Below are positions 19,051-31,048 of a stretch of DNA of 64,000 bases, piece by piece. The position numbers were made by a program, and so were the translations under genes. The stretch's first letter is position 1. Each line of letters begins with the position of its first letter. The notes below the pieces were generated by a model. The model was given only the letters and a program-made list of their open reading frames with translations, ran no database searches and had not been told where the DNA came from. This DNA is from Symbiobacterium sp. (GTDB lineage Bacteria > Bacillota > Sulfobacillia > DUSP01 > DYEP01): assembly GCA_020725675.1 (NCBI GenBank), contig DYEP01000006.1, positions 12,160-76,159 on the forward strand. The letters run 5' to 3'.

Positions 19051-19455
19051 CTATCCCTCCTTAGGCCTCTGCACCAGCTCCAACAGCACCCCGCCCGTGC
19101 TGCTTGGATGAATGAAGATCACCCTTGTGCCGTGTGCCCCCTTCACCGGCGCATCAGATAGCAGCTGGAGTCCCGATCCTTTCGCTCTGCCCACTGCAGA
19201 GTCGATGTCGTCCACCTCCACTGCGATATGGTGTATGCCTGGGCGTCGGGTTTGGATAAAACGGGCGATGGGACTGTCATCAGCCGTGGGTTCAAGCAGT
19301 TCTATGCGCGTGCTACCAAGCGGCAAGAACGCGACCCTTACCTTCTGGCTCTCCACCACTTCTATGCCTTCCAAAACGAGTCCGAGCGCATCTACCCATA
19401 CGCGACTGGATTCCTCTATACTGTTTACCGCTATTCCGATATGATCAAGTTGCAT
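19051..19455 (-). CDS. mce: methylmalonyl-CoA epimerase (VOC/glyoxalase-fold)
   Basis: 134 aa; MQLDHIGIAV...GIHHIAVEVDDID...ELVQ typical of methylmalonyl-CoA epimerase; context between mutase and decarboxylase. Confidence 0.8.
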   Translation of the reverse strand: MQLDHIGIAVNSIEESSRVWVDALGLVLEGIEVVESQKVRVAFLPLGSTRIELLEPTADDSPIARFIQTRRPGIHHIAVEVDDIDSAVGRAKGSGLQLLSDAPVKGAHGTRVIFIHPSSTGGVLLELVQRPKEG

Positions 19456-19476
19456 GATTGTTCACCTCCTCGTCTG

Positions 19477-21129
19477 TTACTCGGCCCTGTACTCTCCAAA
19501 TACTTTGCGCAGACATCCGCAAATCTCTCCGAGCGTCGCGTAATGCCTCACCGCTTCGAGGATGAAAGGCATCATGTTTTCAGATCCCTGCGCCGCTTCA
19601 TGCAGATTCGAAAGCGCCCTGTCAACTGCTGCCTGATCCCGGCTGGCTTTCAACCGCTTGAGTTTTTCCTTCTGAGCACGCCCGACAAGTGGATCCACGC
19701 GCAGCAATTTCTCCGTGCGGCGCTCCTCCGCTTGGAACTTGTTTACGCCTACAACTATCCGCTCCCCCGACTCGATCTGTTTTTGGTAGTGGTATGCGGA
19801 ATCCTGGATCTCTTTTTGCATGTATCCCTTCTCAATTGCGGCAGCCGCCCCTCCGATCGAATCGATCTTGTCTATGTATTCCTGCGCTGCCGCCTCAATC
19901 CTGTCAGTCAGTGATTCGATATAGTAGCTGCCTCCAAGCGGGTCCACTGTATCGCAGACTCCGCTTTCAAAACCAATGATCTGCTGGGTCCGCAATGCTA
20001 TCCGCACTGACTCTTCCGTGGGCAATGATAATGCTTCGTCTCTTGAGTTGGTGTGGAGGGACTGAGTGCCACCGAGTACTGCAGACAGCGCCTGCAGCGT
20101 GACCCTGACCACGTTGTTGTCCGGCTGCTGCGCGGTGAGGGTGCATCCCGCTGTCTGTGTATGGAATCTGAGCATCTGCGATCTCGGGTTTTTGGCACCG
20201 AATCGTTCTTTCATAATTCGCGCCCATAACCTGCGTGCTGCCCGAAATTTGGCAATCTCCTCGAAGAAGTCGATGTGGGCGTTGAAAAAGAATGATAACC
20301 TGGGAGCAAACACGTCTACATCCAGCCCTTTTTCCACCGCCGCCTTCACATATTCAATGCCGTTGGCAAAGGTGAACGCGACCTCCTGAACCGCGGTGGC
20401 GCCCGCTTCCCTTATGTGGTAACCGCTAATCGAGATGGTGTTCCATTCTGGCATGTGTTTGGAACAATACTCGAATACGTCGGTGATGAGTCTCATCGAT
20501 GGTTTTGGGGGGAATATGTATGTGCCTCTCGCTACATACTCCTTCAGAATATCATTCTGGATGGTCCCGGACAGTTTGGAAGGTTCGATCCCTTGTTTTT
20601 CCGCAACCACGATGTACATCGCAAGGAGGATCGCTGCAGGTGCATTAATAGTCATCGATGTCGATACGCGATCAAGAGGAATCTGATCAAACAGCACTTC
20701 CATGTCCGCGAGCGAATCTATGGCCACACCGACCTTTCCTACCTCGCCCTCTGCCAAATGGTGATCCGAGTCGTACCCGATCTGGGTGGGGAGGTCGAAT
20801 GCCACGGATAGGCCAGTTTGTCCCTGTGAAAGCAGATACCGAAACCGCGCGTTCGTCTCTTCCGCAGTACCAAACCCTGCATACTGCCTCATAGTCCAGA
20901 GTCTGCCCCGGTACATATTTGGCTGAACTCCCCGAGTGAACGGGTACTCGCCTGGAAATCCCAGGTTCGTCATGTAATCCGTCCCCTCGAGGTCAACTGG
21001 CGTATAAAGCGTCTTCACCTCCAGACCCGAGGGAGTGCAAAACTCCTGCTTCCTTTCGGGAAAACGGCTCCGGAGTTTTTCCAGCGTACTTGTTTCCCAT
21101 ATCTTTTGGGCTTCTTTCACATCTTGCAT
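19477..21129 (-). CDS. mcmA: methylmalonyl-CoA mutase, catalytic (TIM-barrel) large subunit without fused B12-binding domain
   Basis: Protein ~550 aa from the internal Met MQDVKEAQ... (track N-extension of 15 aa likely spurious); MCM substrate-binding barrel conservation; ends before the B12-binding domain, so a separate cobalamin-binding subunit is required. Confidence 0.85.
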   Translation of the reverse strand: MQDVKEAQKIWETSTLEKLRSRFPERKQEFCTPSGLEVKTLYTPVDLEGTDYMTNLGFPGEYPFTRGVQPNMYRGRLWTMRQYAGFGTAEETNARFRYLLSQGQTGLSVAFDLPTQIGYDSDHHLAEGEVGKVGVAIDSLADMEVLFDQIPLDRVSTSMTINAPAAILLAMYIVVAEKQGIEPSKLSGTIQNDILKEYVARGTYIFPPKPSMRLITDVFEYCSKHMPEWNTISISGYHIREAGATAVQEVAFTFANGIEYVKAAVEKGLDVDVFAPRLSFFFNAHIDFFEEIAKFRAARRLWARIMKERFGAKNPRSQMLRFHTQTAGCTLTAQQPDNNVVRVTLQALSAVLGGTQSLHTNSRDEALSLPTEESVRIALRTQQIIGFESGVCDTVDPLGGSYYIESLTDRIEAAAQEYIDKIDSIGGAAAAIEKGYMQKEIQDSAYHYQKQIESGERIVVGVNKFQAEERRTEKLLRVDPLVGRAQKEKLKRLKASRDQAAVDRALSNLHEAAQGSENMMPFILEAVRHYATLGEICGCLRKVFGEYRAE

Positions 21130-21288
21130 GCTATCCCCCCCGTGTTGCGTTCGTACTTCGAATATTGTTCGCATGACATATACAATTCCTTCTTTGCAAA
21201 AGCTTTCCCTTCAGTTTGTCAGCGGGCACCTTTAAGTGGTACGGGGGCCCGAAACGGGCCCCCTGACAGAGGTGTTCGGGTTCCGATA

Positions 21289-22542
21289 TTAGCCCAGCCA
21301 GCCCCTGACCCGCATGGCCTGTGCAACCCTGTCAACTGCGACAAGGTATGCCGCGTCTCGTGGTTTCACCCTCTTGCTCTTGTACATATTGTATACGTTC
21401 TCAAAGGCCTTCACCATCATGAACTCAAGCCTTGAATTCACTTCCTCTTCCGACCAATAGAACCCGTAAAGGTTTTGACACCATTCGAAATAGGATACGG
21501 TTACGCCGCCTGCGTTAGCCAAAATGTCGGGGATGACGAATACTCCATTCTTCGCCAGAATCTCATCGGCTTCAGGGGTAGTAGGACCGTTGGCCGCCTC
21601 TCCCACGATCCGCGCCCTGACTCTGCCGGCGTTGGCTGCTGTAATCTGGTTCTCCAGCGCAGCGGGGATCAGCACCTCGCACTCAAGTTCGAGCAGCTCC
21701 TCATTGGTTATGGGCTTTGTGCCGGGATAGCCCACAACGCTGCCCGTCTCGTCTTTGAAGGCCAGTACCTTCAGAGGATCAAGCCCGGCCGGGTTCAGGA
21801 TCCCACCCTTTGAATCACTGACTGCGATTACGGCGGCGCCCATTTCATGCATGAGCCTTGCGGCAATGCTGCCTGCATTGCCGTATCCTTGTACGGCCAC
21901 TCTTGCGCCTTTTATCTCGATGCCCAGCTTCTTTGCGGCTTCCCTGATGGTGATCACACATCCGCGCGCAGTGGCCTCGTTACGCCCGAGTGAACCGCCG
22001 ATGATGATAGGCTTCCCCGTAATGACCCCGGGTTGGAAACTCTCCTTGATCTTGGAGAATTCATCCACCATCCACGCCATGATCTGCGGGTTTGTGTATA
22101 CATCGGGCGCCGGAATGTCCTTCTCGGGTCCGACGATCTGGGAAATAGCCTGGAAGAATCCGCGGCTTATCCTCTCGAGCTCGCCCTTTGAGAGCTCCTT
22201 CGGGTTGCAAACCACACCGCCCTTGCCTCCGCCGTAAGGAAGACCGAGCACGGCGCACTTGAACGTCATCCACATGGAGAGCGCCCTGACTTCGTCCGCG
22301 TGAACGTCCGGGTGGAACCTGATGCCGCCTTTTGTGGGACCTACAGCATCATTGTGCTGGGAGCGGAAACCTTTGAACACGCGTACCGATCCGTCATCCA
22401 TGCGCACCGGGAACGTGACCTCAAGGAATCTCATAGGCTCCTTCAATACCTCGTATACCGCAGGCTCAAGCTCCAGCATGTCGACGGCCCGTTTGATCTG
22501 ACCCTGTACAATCTTGAAAGGATTCATCTGCTCGGTAGACAT
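21289..22542 (-). CDS. gdhA: Glu/Leu/Phe/Val-family glutamate dehydrogenase
   Basis: 417 aa; ...GPTKGGIRFHP... and ...KCAVLGLPYGGGKGG... catalytic-domain motifs; NAD(P)-binding GYGNAGS. Confidence 0.9.
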   Translation of the reverse strand: MSTEQMNPFKIVQGQIKRAVDMLELEPAVYEVLKEPMRFLEVTFPVRMDDGSVRVFKGFRSQHNDAVGPTKGGIRFHPDVHADEVRALSMWMTFKCAVLGLPYGGGKGGVVCNPKELSKGELERISRGFFQAISQIVGPEKDIPAPDVYTNPQIMAWMVDEFSKIKESFQPGVITGKPIIIGGSLGRNEATARGCVITIREAAKKLGIEIKGARVAVQGYGNAGSIAARLMHEMGAAVIAVSDSKGGILNPAGLDPLKVLAFKDETGSVVGYPGTKPITNEELLELECEVLIPAALENQITAANAGRVRARIVGEAANGPTTPEADEILAKNGVFVIPDILANAGGVTVSYFEWCQNLYGFYWSEEEVNSRLEFMMVKAFENVYNMYKSKRVKPRDAAYLVAVDRVAQAMRVRGWLG

Positions 22543-22625
22543 TTTTTTGGGTTGCTCCCCCTTTTCTGATCATTCTCTGTTTTGCGGCATAACTGGTAGC
22601 GAACTCTGGCGGGTCGTGTTGTGGA

Positions 22626-23192
22626 TTACCTACCTCCTTCTCTTTGGCAGGGCACAGCATGTTTCGCCAGGGCATAACCCGCTTCAAGCGCCTTCTTGTT
22701 CAGCTGCTCCGTGCCTGGCGGCACCCTGGCAAGCACGGCCTTCTCGCAGGCGCCTGGTGACACGACGCCCGTCAGTTCGACCAAAAGGCCAAGTGCCACA
22801 ATATTGGCCACGATCGCCTTTCCCGAACACGCTATGGCGGTTTCGGTAATGGGCGACGCCACTACCTTCGCGTCAATATCAGGCAACCGCTTGACAAGCC
22901 CGGCATCGACGATCAGCACTCCGCCCCGAGCTATATCTTTCGCATACTTATCGCAAGCTACCTGAGTCATCACCAAGAGCACGTCAGGCACGGTAACCTT
23001 GGGGTAATCGATCTCGTCGTCGGAAATGATCACCTCCGATTTGCTCGCGCCCCCTCTTGACTCAGGGCCATATGACTGGGTCTGCACGGCGTTCTTGCCC
23101 TCATGTATTGCGGCCGCTTCCGCCAGTATGATCCCAGCCAATATCAAGCCCTGACCGCCCTCTCCCGCCAGCCTGATCTGCCAGTAGCTCAT
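22626..23192 (-). CDS. korC: 2-oxoglutarate (2-oxoacid):ferredoxin oxidoreductase gamma subunit
   Basis: 188 aa; MSYWQIRLAGEGGQGLILAG... POR/KOR gamma-subunit N-terminus. Confidence 0.85.
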   Translation of the reverse strand: MSYWQIRLAGEGGQGLILAGIILAEAAAIHEGKNAVQTQSYGPESRGGASKSEVIISDDEIDYPKVTVPDVLLVMTQVACDKYAKDIARGGVLIVDAGLVKRLPDIDAKVVASPITETAIACSGKAIVANIVALGLLVELTGVVSPGACEKAVLARVPPGTEQLNKKALEAGYALAKHAVPCQREGGR

Positions 23193-24016
23193 GGTCTCAC
23201 GCCTCCTTTTGCGCGCTCCACCAGTTCCCTGTAGGCCTTCGTATACTCCTTGAGCTCGGTGGCCCTGTAGAGTTCACCGACGATGATCTTGCCTTCAACT
23301 TGTTCAGGAGGCAGCTTTGACAGCGCCTTCTTGTTCACGGAATTGTCCCGGAACCAGTTCAGCATGTCTACTGCTGTGCCGCGCTTGTTCCTGCGTCCAA
23401 AGTACGTAGGGCACTGGGACAGCGCTTCCACGAAAGAGAAGCCGTCCACGCGGAGCGCTTCGGTAATCAAGTTTGTGAGCATGGTCACATGGTAGGTGGT
23501 CGCCCGGGCGACATAGGCTCCCCCCGCAGCCTGCACCAGCCTGGACAGATCAAAAGGTATATCGATGCTCCCGAAAGGAGACGTGGTCGCCAGCGAACCC
23601 GTGGGCGTTGAAGGTGAATACTGCCCGCTCGTCATTCCGTAAACATAGTTATTAAAGCAGATCGTGGTGATTCCGATGTTTCGTCTAGCGGCGTGTATAA
23701 GGTGGTTACCTCCGATGGCCGCAGCATCGCCATCGCCGGTAATGACAATGACCTTAAGCTCGGGTCTTGCCAGCTTGATGCCGGTCGCGAACGCCAGCGC
23801 TCTGCCGTGTGTAGTGTGCAGTGTGTCAAAGTTCATGTAGCCGGTAGCCCGCGAAGAGCAGCCTATACCCGACACGATGACCGTTTTATCCTGATCCAAT
23901 CCGGCCTTTTGAATCGCTCTTAAGAGGCAGCCCAGCACCGTACCGTGCCCGCATCCCGCGCACCAGATGTGCGGGAGCGCCCGGTCTCTCAAATAACCTC
24001 GAATGTGCTCGCTCAT
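23189..24016 (-). CDS. korB: 2-oxoglutarate:ferredoxin oxidoreductase beta subunit (TPP-binding)
   Basis: 275 aa; WCAGCGHG and GDGD TPP-binding motifs; 4-nt overlaps with neighbours. Confidence 0.85.
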   Translation of the reverse strand: MSEHIRGYLRDRALPHIWCAGCGHGTVLGCLLRAIQKAGLDQDKTVIVSGIGCSSRATGYMNFDTLHTTHGRALAFATGIKLARPELKVIVITGDGDAAAIGGNHLIHAARRNIGITTICFNNYVYGMTSGQYSPSTPTGSLATTSPFGSIDIPFDLSRLVQAAGGAYVARATTYHVTMLTNLITEALRVDGFSFVEALSQCPTYFGRRNKRGTAVDMLNWFRDNSVNKKALSKLPPEQVEGKIIVGELYRATELKEYTKAYRELVERAKGGVRP

Positions 24017-25146
24017 GATAGCACCTCCAGGACCCTTCGCTCGATCTCGTCAGGGGTTATCATCTCCCCATCCACACGGGAATAGGATAACACCTGGCAC
24101 TGGCAAAGCAGCGCTCTTTCGACTTCAAGTACGAGCTGTCCAAGGTTCATCTCGGGCACCAGCACTGTGTGCGCGCCGGCAGCGATCTCCCGCAGCGCTT
24201 CAGCAGGAAAAGGCCAGATCACCGACGTCTTGGCAAACCCCACACGGTACCCACGCCCCCTCAGGTTTCTAGATGCGCGGAGCGCCGAGCGGGCCGTGGC
24301 GCCGTAGGAAAAGATGATCAGTTCTGCGTCTTCGCAGTTCTCCACCTGAGTCCTCACCAGCTCAGCCCTCCGTCTCTCCACTTTCTGGCAGATCCTGCGG
24401 AGGAGATGTTCAGCTTTTTCCCCTTTCCCGATGGGCATACCGGATTCGCTGTGGAAGAGTCCTGTCACGTGATAACGGTAGCCGTCTCCGAACGCGGCCA
24501 TCGGCGGGATGTCGCTGCCGGGCAACGGCGCGTACGGGAGGTACTCGCCCGGAGGAGTCGTGGGAGAAGGCCGAACCTCGATGCTGACCTCTTCGGGGAT
24601 GATGATCTTCTCTCTCATGTGCGCTACGATCTCGTCAAGCAAGAGGATCACAGGTACCCTGAGCCGTTCTGAGATGTTGAAGGCCCAGATGGTCAGGTCA
24701 TATGTCTCTCGCACAGAAGAAGGTGACAGCACAACAATAGGGTGGTCGCCGTGCGTCCCCCATCTCGCCTGCATCACATCTCCCTGTGCGGGAGATGTGG
24801 GAAGGCCCGTGGAGGGCCCCATCCTCTGGACGTTCACCACCACGCACGGTACCTCCGCCAATGCGGCGTAGCCGATGTTCTCCTGCTTTAAGGAGAAACC
24901 CGGACCGCTGGTCGCGGTCATGGCCTTTGCCCCCGTCAGCGACGCCCCTATGACTGCTGCCATGGACGCGATCTCATCCTCCATCTGGATGAACGTCCCT
25001 CCCACACGGGGCAGCCGGTCGGCCAGGCTTTCCGCGATCTCAGTAGACGGAGTAATGGGGTAGCCTGCGAAAAAGGAGAGCCCGGCCCTTATCGCTGCTT
25101 CTGCACAGGCCTCGTTCCCCTGCATAAACCTTACTTCGCCGCTCAC
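24013..25146 (-). CDS. korA: 2-oxoglutarate:ferredoxin oxidoreductase alpha subunit
   Basis: 377 aa; MQGNEACAEAAIRAG...GYPITPSTEI POR/KOR alpha N-terminus. Confidence 0.85.
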   Translation of the reverse strand: MSGEVRFMQGNEACAEAAIRAGLSFFAGYPITPSTEIAESLADRLPRVGGTFIQMEDEIASMAAVIGASLTGAKAMTATSGPGFSLKQENIGYAALAEVPCVVVNVQRMGPSTGLPTSPAQGDVMQARWGTHGDHPIVVLSPSSVRETYDLTIWAFNISERLRVPVILLLDEIVAHMREKIIIPEEVSIEVRPSPTTPPGEYLPYAPLPGSDIPPMAAFGDGYRYHVTGLFHSESGMPIGKGEKAEHLLRRICQKVERRRAELVRTQVENCEDAELIIFSYGATARSALRASRNLRGRGYRVGFAKTSVIWPFPAEALREIAAGAHTVLVPEMNLGQLVLEVERALLCQCQVLSYSRVDGEMITPDEIERRVLEVLS

Positions 25147-25367
25147 TCTCCGTCACCCCCGTCAACTTCGATAGCAAAGTCAGGACACATGAATTCGCAT
25201 AACCGGCATGCAGAACAATCTTCCGGCCGCGCCGGGAGCGGGCGGTGCTCGTCGTCTGGGTCAAGCACCTTCTTTGGGCAAAACGCGATGCAGATCCCGC
25301 AAGCCTTGCACCATGCCCTGTTTACGCTGATCTTCGGGATCTTCTTGACTTTCCTGGGCATGGCCAC
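25143..25367 (-). CDS. korD: 2-oxoacid:ferredoxin oxidoreductase delta subunit (2x[4Fe-4S] ferredoxin)
   Basis: 74 aa with two CxxCxxCxxxCP clusters (CKACGICIAFCP, CSACRLCEFMCP). Confidence 0.8.
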   Translation of the reverse strand: MAMPRKVKKIPKISVNRAWCKACGICIAFCPKKVLDPDDEHRPLPARPEDCSACRLCEFMCPDFAIEVDGGDGE

Positions 25368-25403
25368 TACCCATCATCTCCTTCATGAATGTGTAGCCCG
25401 ACG

Positions 25404-26378
25404 TTACCCGGGTCTTCTTTCAATGAGTGCCGTCTTCAAGAGGTTTATGGAGCCCGCGTCAGGCCTGTAGATGAACTCAATGATCTCTGCCCCCGGGGAT
25501 GCGCACGCCTCCACTTCCTTTTTCCGCCCGGGGCTCGTGATGACTACGTGGAGAGGCCTTACAAACTTCTCCAGTTCCTGCCTGTCCTTGGTTGTGGTAT
25601 ACTCGAAGGCTGTGCTAATACCGCTTTGACTTAACGACTTCATGACCCTTTCTGCGAAATCCTTCGACGAACACACCAGGCCCACGCGTTTCCCGTCACC
25701 GATCCGGGCGATACGCACCATAGTCTCGAGCAACGGATCAAGCGCAATCCCCAAAACATCTACGCCGGTTCCCGACGCCATTTCTCTCACCTCGTCCAGG
25801 TGAAAGAACGTGGTGACGATCACGTCCATGCTCCCGAGCACCGCCCGGGCGTTCACCATATCACGCTTCAATTCAGGGAACAGCAGCGGTACAATCTTTA
25901 CACCCGACCCGAGCTCCAGCTGTTTTGCGAAGTAATCCAGTTGCTCTTTGTTACACTCCACAAAGGCCGCTTTTACGTGCCCTAAGAGCTCTCTTCTTTC
26001 TTCCACCCGCTGGTGTACCATCGCCAGGAAGTCGTCAAGACCGAGCCCAACAAAAAGAGCCTCGTCGATACAAGACTCGATGGCTCTTTTTAAGCGGTCA
26101 GCACCGTCTTCGTTTTTGGATATGCCGGAGAGTATGAAAGTGCCTCTCCCCTGGCGGGAAGTGACAAAACCCTGCGCTTCCAGCTCCCTGTAAGCCATTG
26201 ACACGGTATTCCTGGATATGCCCAGCGCGTTGGCCAGGTCCCGCTCAGTGGGTATGCGCATGCCTTCGCGCCAGTAGCCCGTGCGTATCAGCTGCTCTAT
26301 CTGTTTCTTAAGCTGCAGGTAAATGGGCAGCTCGCCGTCCCTGTCGACTCTCAAAGGCAGTTCCTTCACGCCCCGCAC
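25404..26378 (-). CDS. GntR-family transcriptional regulator with ~230-aa uncharacterised C-terminal domain
   Basis: 324 aa; N-terminal winged HTH PTERDLANALGISRNTVSMAYRELEAQGFV; first gene, 36 nt upstream of korD on same strand. Confidence 0.7.
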   Translation of the reverse strand: MRGVKELPLRVDRDGELPIYLQLKKQIEQLIRTGYWREGMRIPTERDLANALGISRNTVSMAYRELEAQGFVTSRQGRGTFILSGISKNEDGADRLKRAIESCIDEALFVGLGLDDFLAMVHQRVEERRELLGHVKAAFVECNKEQLDYFAKQLELGSGVKIVPLLFPELKRDMVNARAVLGSMDVIVTTFFHLDEVREMASGTGVDVLGIALDPLLETMVRIARIGDGKRVGLVCSSKDFAERVMKSLSQSGISTAFEYTTTKDRQELEKFVRPLHVVITSPGRKKEVEACASPGAEIIEFIYRPDAGSINLLKTALIERRPG

Positions 26379-26550
26379 CTCTTTAATGGACTGGTGGTAT
26401 TTGGCCTATTGGATCTATTCATTAGTCCTTATTGGCCCACCGCTCACACATATTCTACGCCCGGAGCGTTTTTCCTGCCAGCTGTTCCGCTCTACTGTGA
26501 AATTTTTCTCGAACCAACATTTGCAAGTGATACCCGCTTCACAGCACAGA

Positions 26551-26583
26551 AAACAGAAAAAAGACCCCCAAAGATAGGGGGAT
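26551..26583 (-). terminator. rho-independent terminator downstream of amidase gene
   Basis: CCCCC-aaagata-GGGGG hairpin followed on the minus strand by TTTTTTCTGTTTT. Confidence 0.6.
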
Positions 26584-26614
26584 TATGTATGTGCCTGATT
26601 TTCCCCGGTTGCGC

Positions 26615-27508
26615 TCAGCTGCCGTTAAAATACCTTACGATACCTCTGAAGATACCTTCGGCAACTCGCCTTCTGAAAGCGGGGTCCTGTAGCAGCCGTT
26701 CATCGCCTGCATTGGAGATGAAGCCGGCTTCCACAAGCACCGCGGGCATCTTCGTGTTCCTGAGCACGTAAAACCTTGCCCCGTGTATACCCCTGTCCTT
26801 CATGCCCGTGGCCTTCACCAGTTCCTCCTGCATAACTCGGGCGATCGCTTTTCCTGTCGCATCACCCTCGAGATAAAACGTCATCATCCCCGATATGGAC
26901 CTGTCCCTGTGGGCGTTATTGTGAATGCTTACGAACAGGTGGGCTCCCGATGCGTTGGCCACCAGCACGCGCGCTTCCAGCTGCCCCGCGGACGGTTTTT
27001 GCGGCGCACGGGGCTGTACGTCAGCGTCGCGGGTAAGTACCACATCCGCCCCTGCAGCCTTCAACATCTGCGCGAGGCTTAGCCCGATCGCCAGCACATT
27101 GTCCGCCTCCCGTGTGCCGGATGCACCTACGGCGCCCGGGTTAGGCCCACCGTGGCCCGGATCAACCACTACCTTTCTGCCAGATAGCACAGCCCGCTCA
27201 GACCTGCCAGGTTGGGCACCGGCTGACTTCAGCGCAGCAAGCGTCAGGGGGCCGACAATCCCGTCGCGGGCAAGGCCATGTGTCTCCTGGAAAGATATTA
27301 CCGCTTGTCTAGTTCTCAGTCCGAATATACCGTCCACCGGGCCCGGGTCGTATCCGCGCTCGGCGAGCATCCTCTGTACCTGGGCCACCTCCGGGCCCGT
27401 ACTGCCGAGAAGAAGCAGGCCTCCTTGTGCCTGTACCGGCCCAGTATACGTGGTGAGCAACAAGATGCAGACAAACAGCAAAGCCCAGTAACGTCGTTTT
27501 CTAACCAT
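26615..27508 (-). CDS. N-acetylmuramoyl-L-alanine amidase (signal peptide + PG_binding_1 + Amidase_3)
   Basis: 297 aa; N-terminal signal sequence, peptidoglycan-binding repeat (LGSTGPEVAQVQRMLAERGYDPGPVDGIFG), Amidase_3 zinc-site motifs (VVVDPGHGG, SIHNNAH). Confidence 0.8.
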   Translation of the reverse strand: MVRKRRYWALLFVCILLLTTYTGPVQAQGGLLLLGSTGPEVAQVQRMLAERGYDPGPVDGIFGLRTRQAVISFQETHGLARDGIVGPLTLAALKSAGAQPGRSERAVLSGRKVVVDPGHGGPNPGAVGASGTREADNVLAIGLSLAQMLKAAGADVVLTRDADVQPRAPQKPSAGQLEARVLVANASGAHLFVSIHNNAHRDRSISGMMTFYLEGDATGKAIARVMQEELVKATGMKDRGIHGARFYVLRNTKMPAVLVEAGFISNAGDERLLQDPAFRRRVAEGIFRGIVRYFNGS

Positions 27509-27616
27509 CGGTTACCTCCTTGAACAGGTGTAACCTAATTATAACGCCGCTGGGCTGCTTATGTCATCTATGGAATTATTGGAATCGGGAAGGAAATGCT
27601 ATGTACGCAGGCAGTA

Positions 27617-27919
27617 TTATTCGCTCTTGCCCAAAACGTAACCTACGCCAGCCCTATTTATGTTAATTTCCACCTTGTCTGCGATCCGCAGTGTTAGCAC
27701 ATCGCCTTTGATCTCGGTGATAGTGCCATGGATGCCGCCCACGGTAACCACCTTTTCCCCCTTCTTCAACTCAGAGAGCATCTTCTGCCTCTTCTTTTGC
27801 TGTTGCTGCTGCGGACGGATGATCAGAAACCACATAAATGCAAACAACAGGATGAAGGGAAGGAATGCCTGTAAGTTCTGCAATTTAGATCTCTCCTTTC
27901 TTCCCCGATAAGCGTTCAT
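27617..27919 (-). CDS. yajC: preprotein translocase subunit YajC
   Basis: 100 aa; single TM then ...LKKGEKVVTVGGIHGTITEIKGD...; conserved yajC-tgt-queA arrangement. Confidence 0.8.
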   Translation of the reverse strand: MNAYRGRKERSKLQNLQAFLPFILLFAFMWFLIIRPQQQQQKKRQKMLSELKKGEKVVTVGGIHGTITEIKGDVLTLRIADKVEININRAGVGYVLGKSE

Positions 27920-27951
27920 TCACATCTTCGACGGCAGCTTTGCAAATACCT

Positions 27952-30097
<2,146 letters not shown>

Positions 30098-30101
<4 letters not shown>

Positions 30102-31048
30102 GTGCGGGGTCGACCCACACCTCCTTTCCGTCCGTGATTCTGTGGCAGGGTAAAAGGCGTCCGCCTACCAGGGACGAGGTCTTTCTGCCAAGGTGTCTCC
30201 CGCTCCGAGTTCACCTGATTGGCCGGCTGGTCTGTCAAGTCTCCGGATCGGCCTGGTGGTTCAAACGGGGGCCCGCCCTGTCCCTTCTTTTCCATGCGGA
30301 TGCGTTCGAGTTCTTCCTTTTTGCTCACCTTTTCAAGTATGCGTTCTATAACAGCCTTTGGAACACCTTCTTCAGACAGTACCTCAGACGGCTGTTCCTC
30401 GCCAGAGCGCGCCAGCATTACCGCATACTTCCCAATAGAGAGTCCCATATTTCTCGCTTCCTTATGTGCTTGTGCAGTGAGCAATACCGGCGTGACGACC
30501 TGGGTGACGGTTTCCTGAGTTTCCTCAGCCCATGCTGCTGCGAGCCTTTCGATCTTGGCAAAGACCAGTGCGTCCTCCCATTGATCCGCGGAATCTTCCC
30601 GAGCTGGAGCAAAGCCTATGAACACGTAGCCCGGCTTCCCCTCCATATACCCGAGCTCCACAACCGCCCTGGCCACGCGCCTGACCAGGTCCTCCGTAGA
30701 TATGCCCCGCATATGTCCCACCGCCTCTAGCACACGCCTGCCGTCCTCATTGAAGCTGGTCACCTCGACCACTCTGTCGTTTGCATCGATCGCCGCCTCG
30801 ATGGAAGGGTTCACGTCAATACTCACGTAAGCGCTGATCTCGCCAGGAGGAACAGGGCGGAACAACAAAAGAATCATGGCAGCCACCGCCACCATCGCGG
30901 TCACTCCCAATGTCTTACGCGAAGCAGGCACACGTATCTCGTCCCCCGGTTTTACCCCGTGCGGGCGCCTAATACGGAGGTACTCCCCTTCGCTGGTAAG
31001 CACTATACAAAACTGCCCTTTTTCCTCGAGTACAATACCAGACCTCAT
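30098..31048 (-). CDS. rsgI: anti-sigma-I factor RsgI-like (RsgI_N domain, TM, Pro/Glu-rich C-terminal region)
   Basis: 316 aa; N-terminus MRSGIVLEEKGQFCIVLTSEGEYLRIRRP matches RsgI N-domain; TM segment; low-complexity C-terminus; 4-nt overlap with sigI. Confidence 0.7.

Noticed and set aside
22466-22687. 73-aa minus-strand ORF spanning the gdh-korC junction
   Set aside because: It overlaps the ends of two strongly supported genes in a different frame and has no motif support, so it is a likely chance ORF.
27510-27535. GGTTAC ... GTAACC 6-bp inverted repeat enclosing the amidase SD
   Set aside because: The stem is short (6 bp) with a 14-nt loop. An RBS-sequestering role is possible but is not supported beyond the repeat itself.
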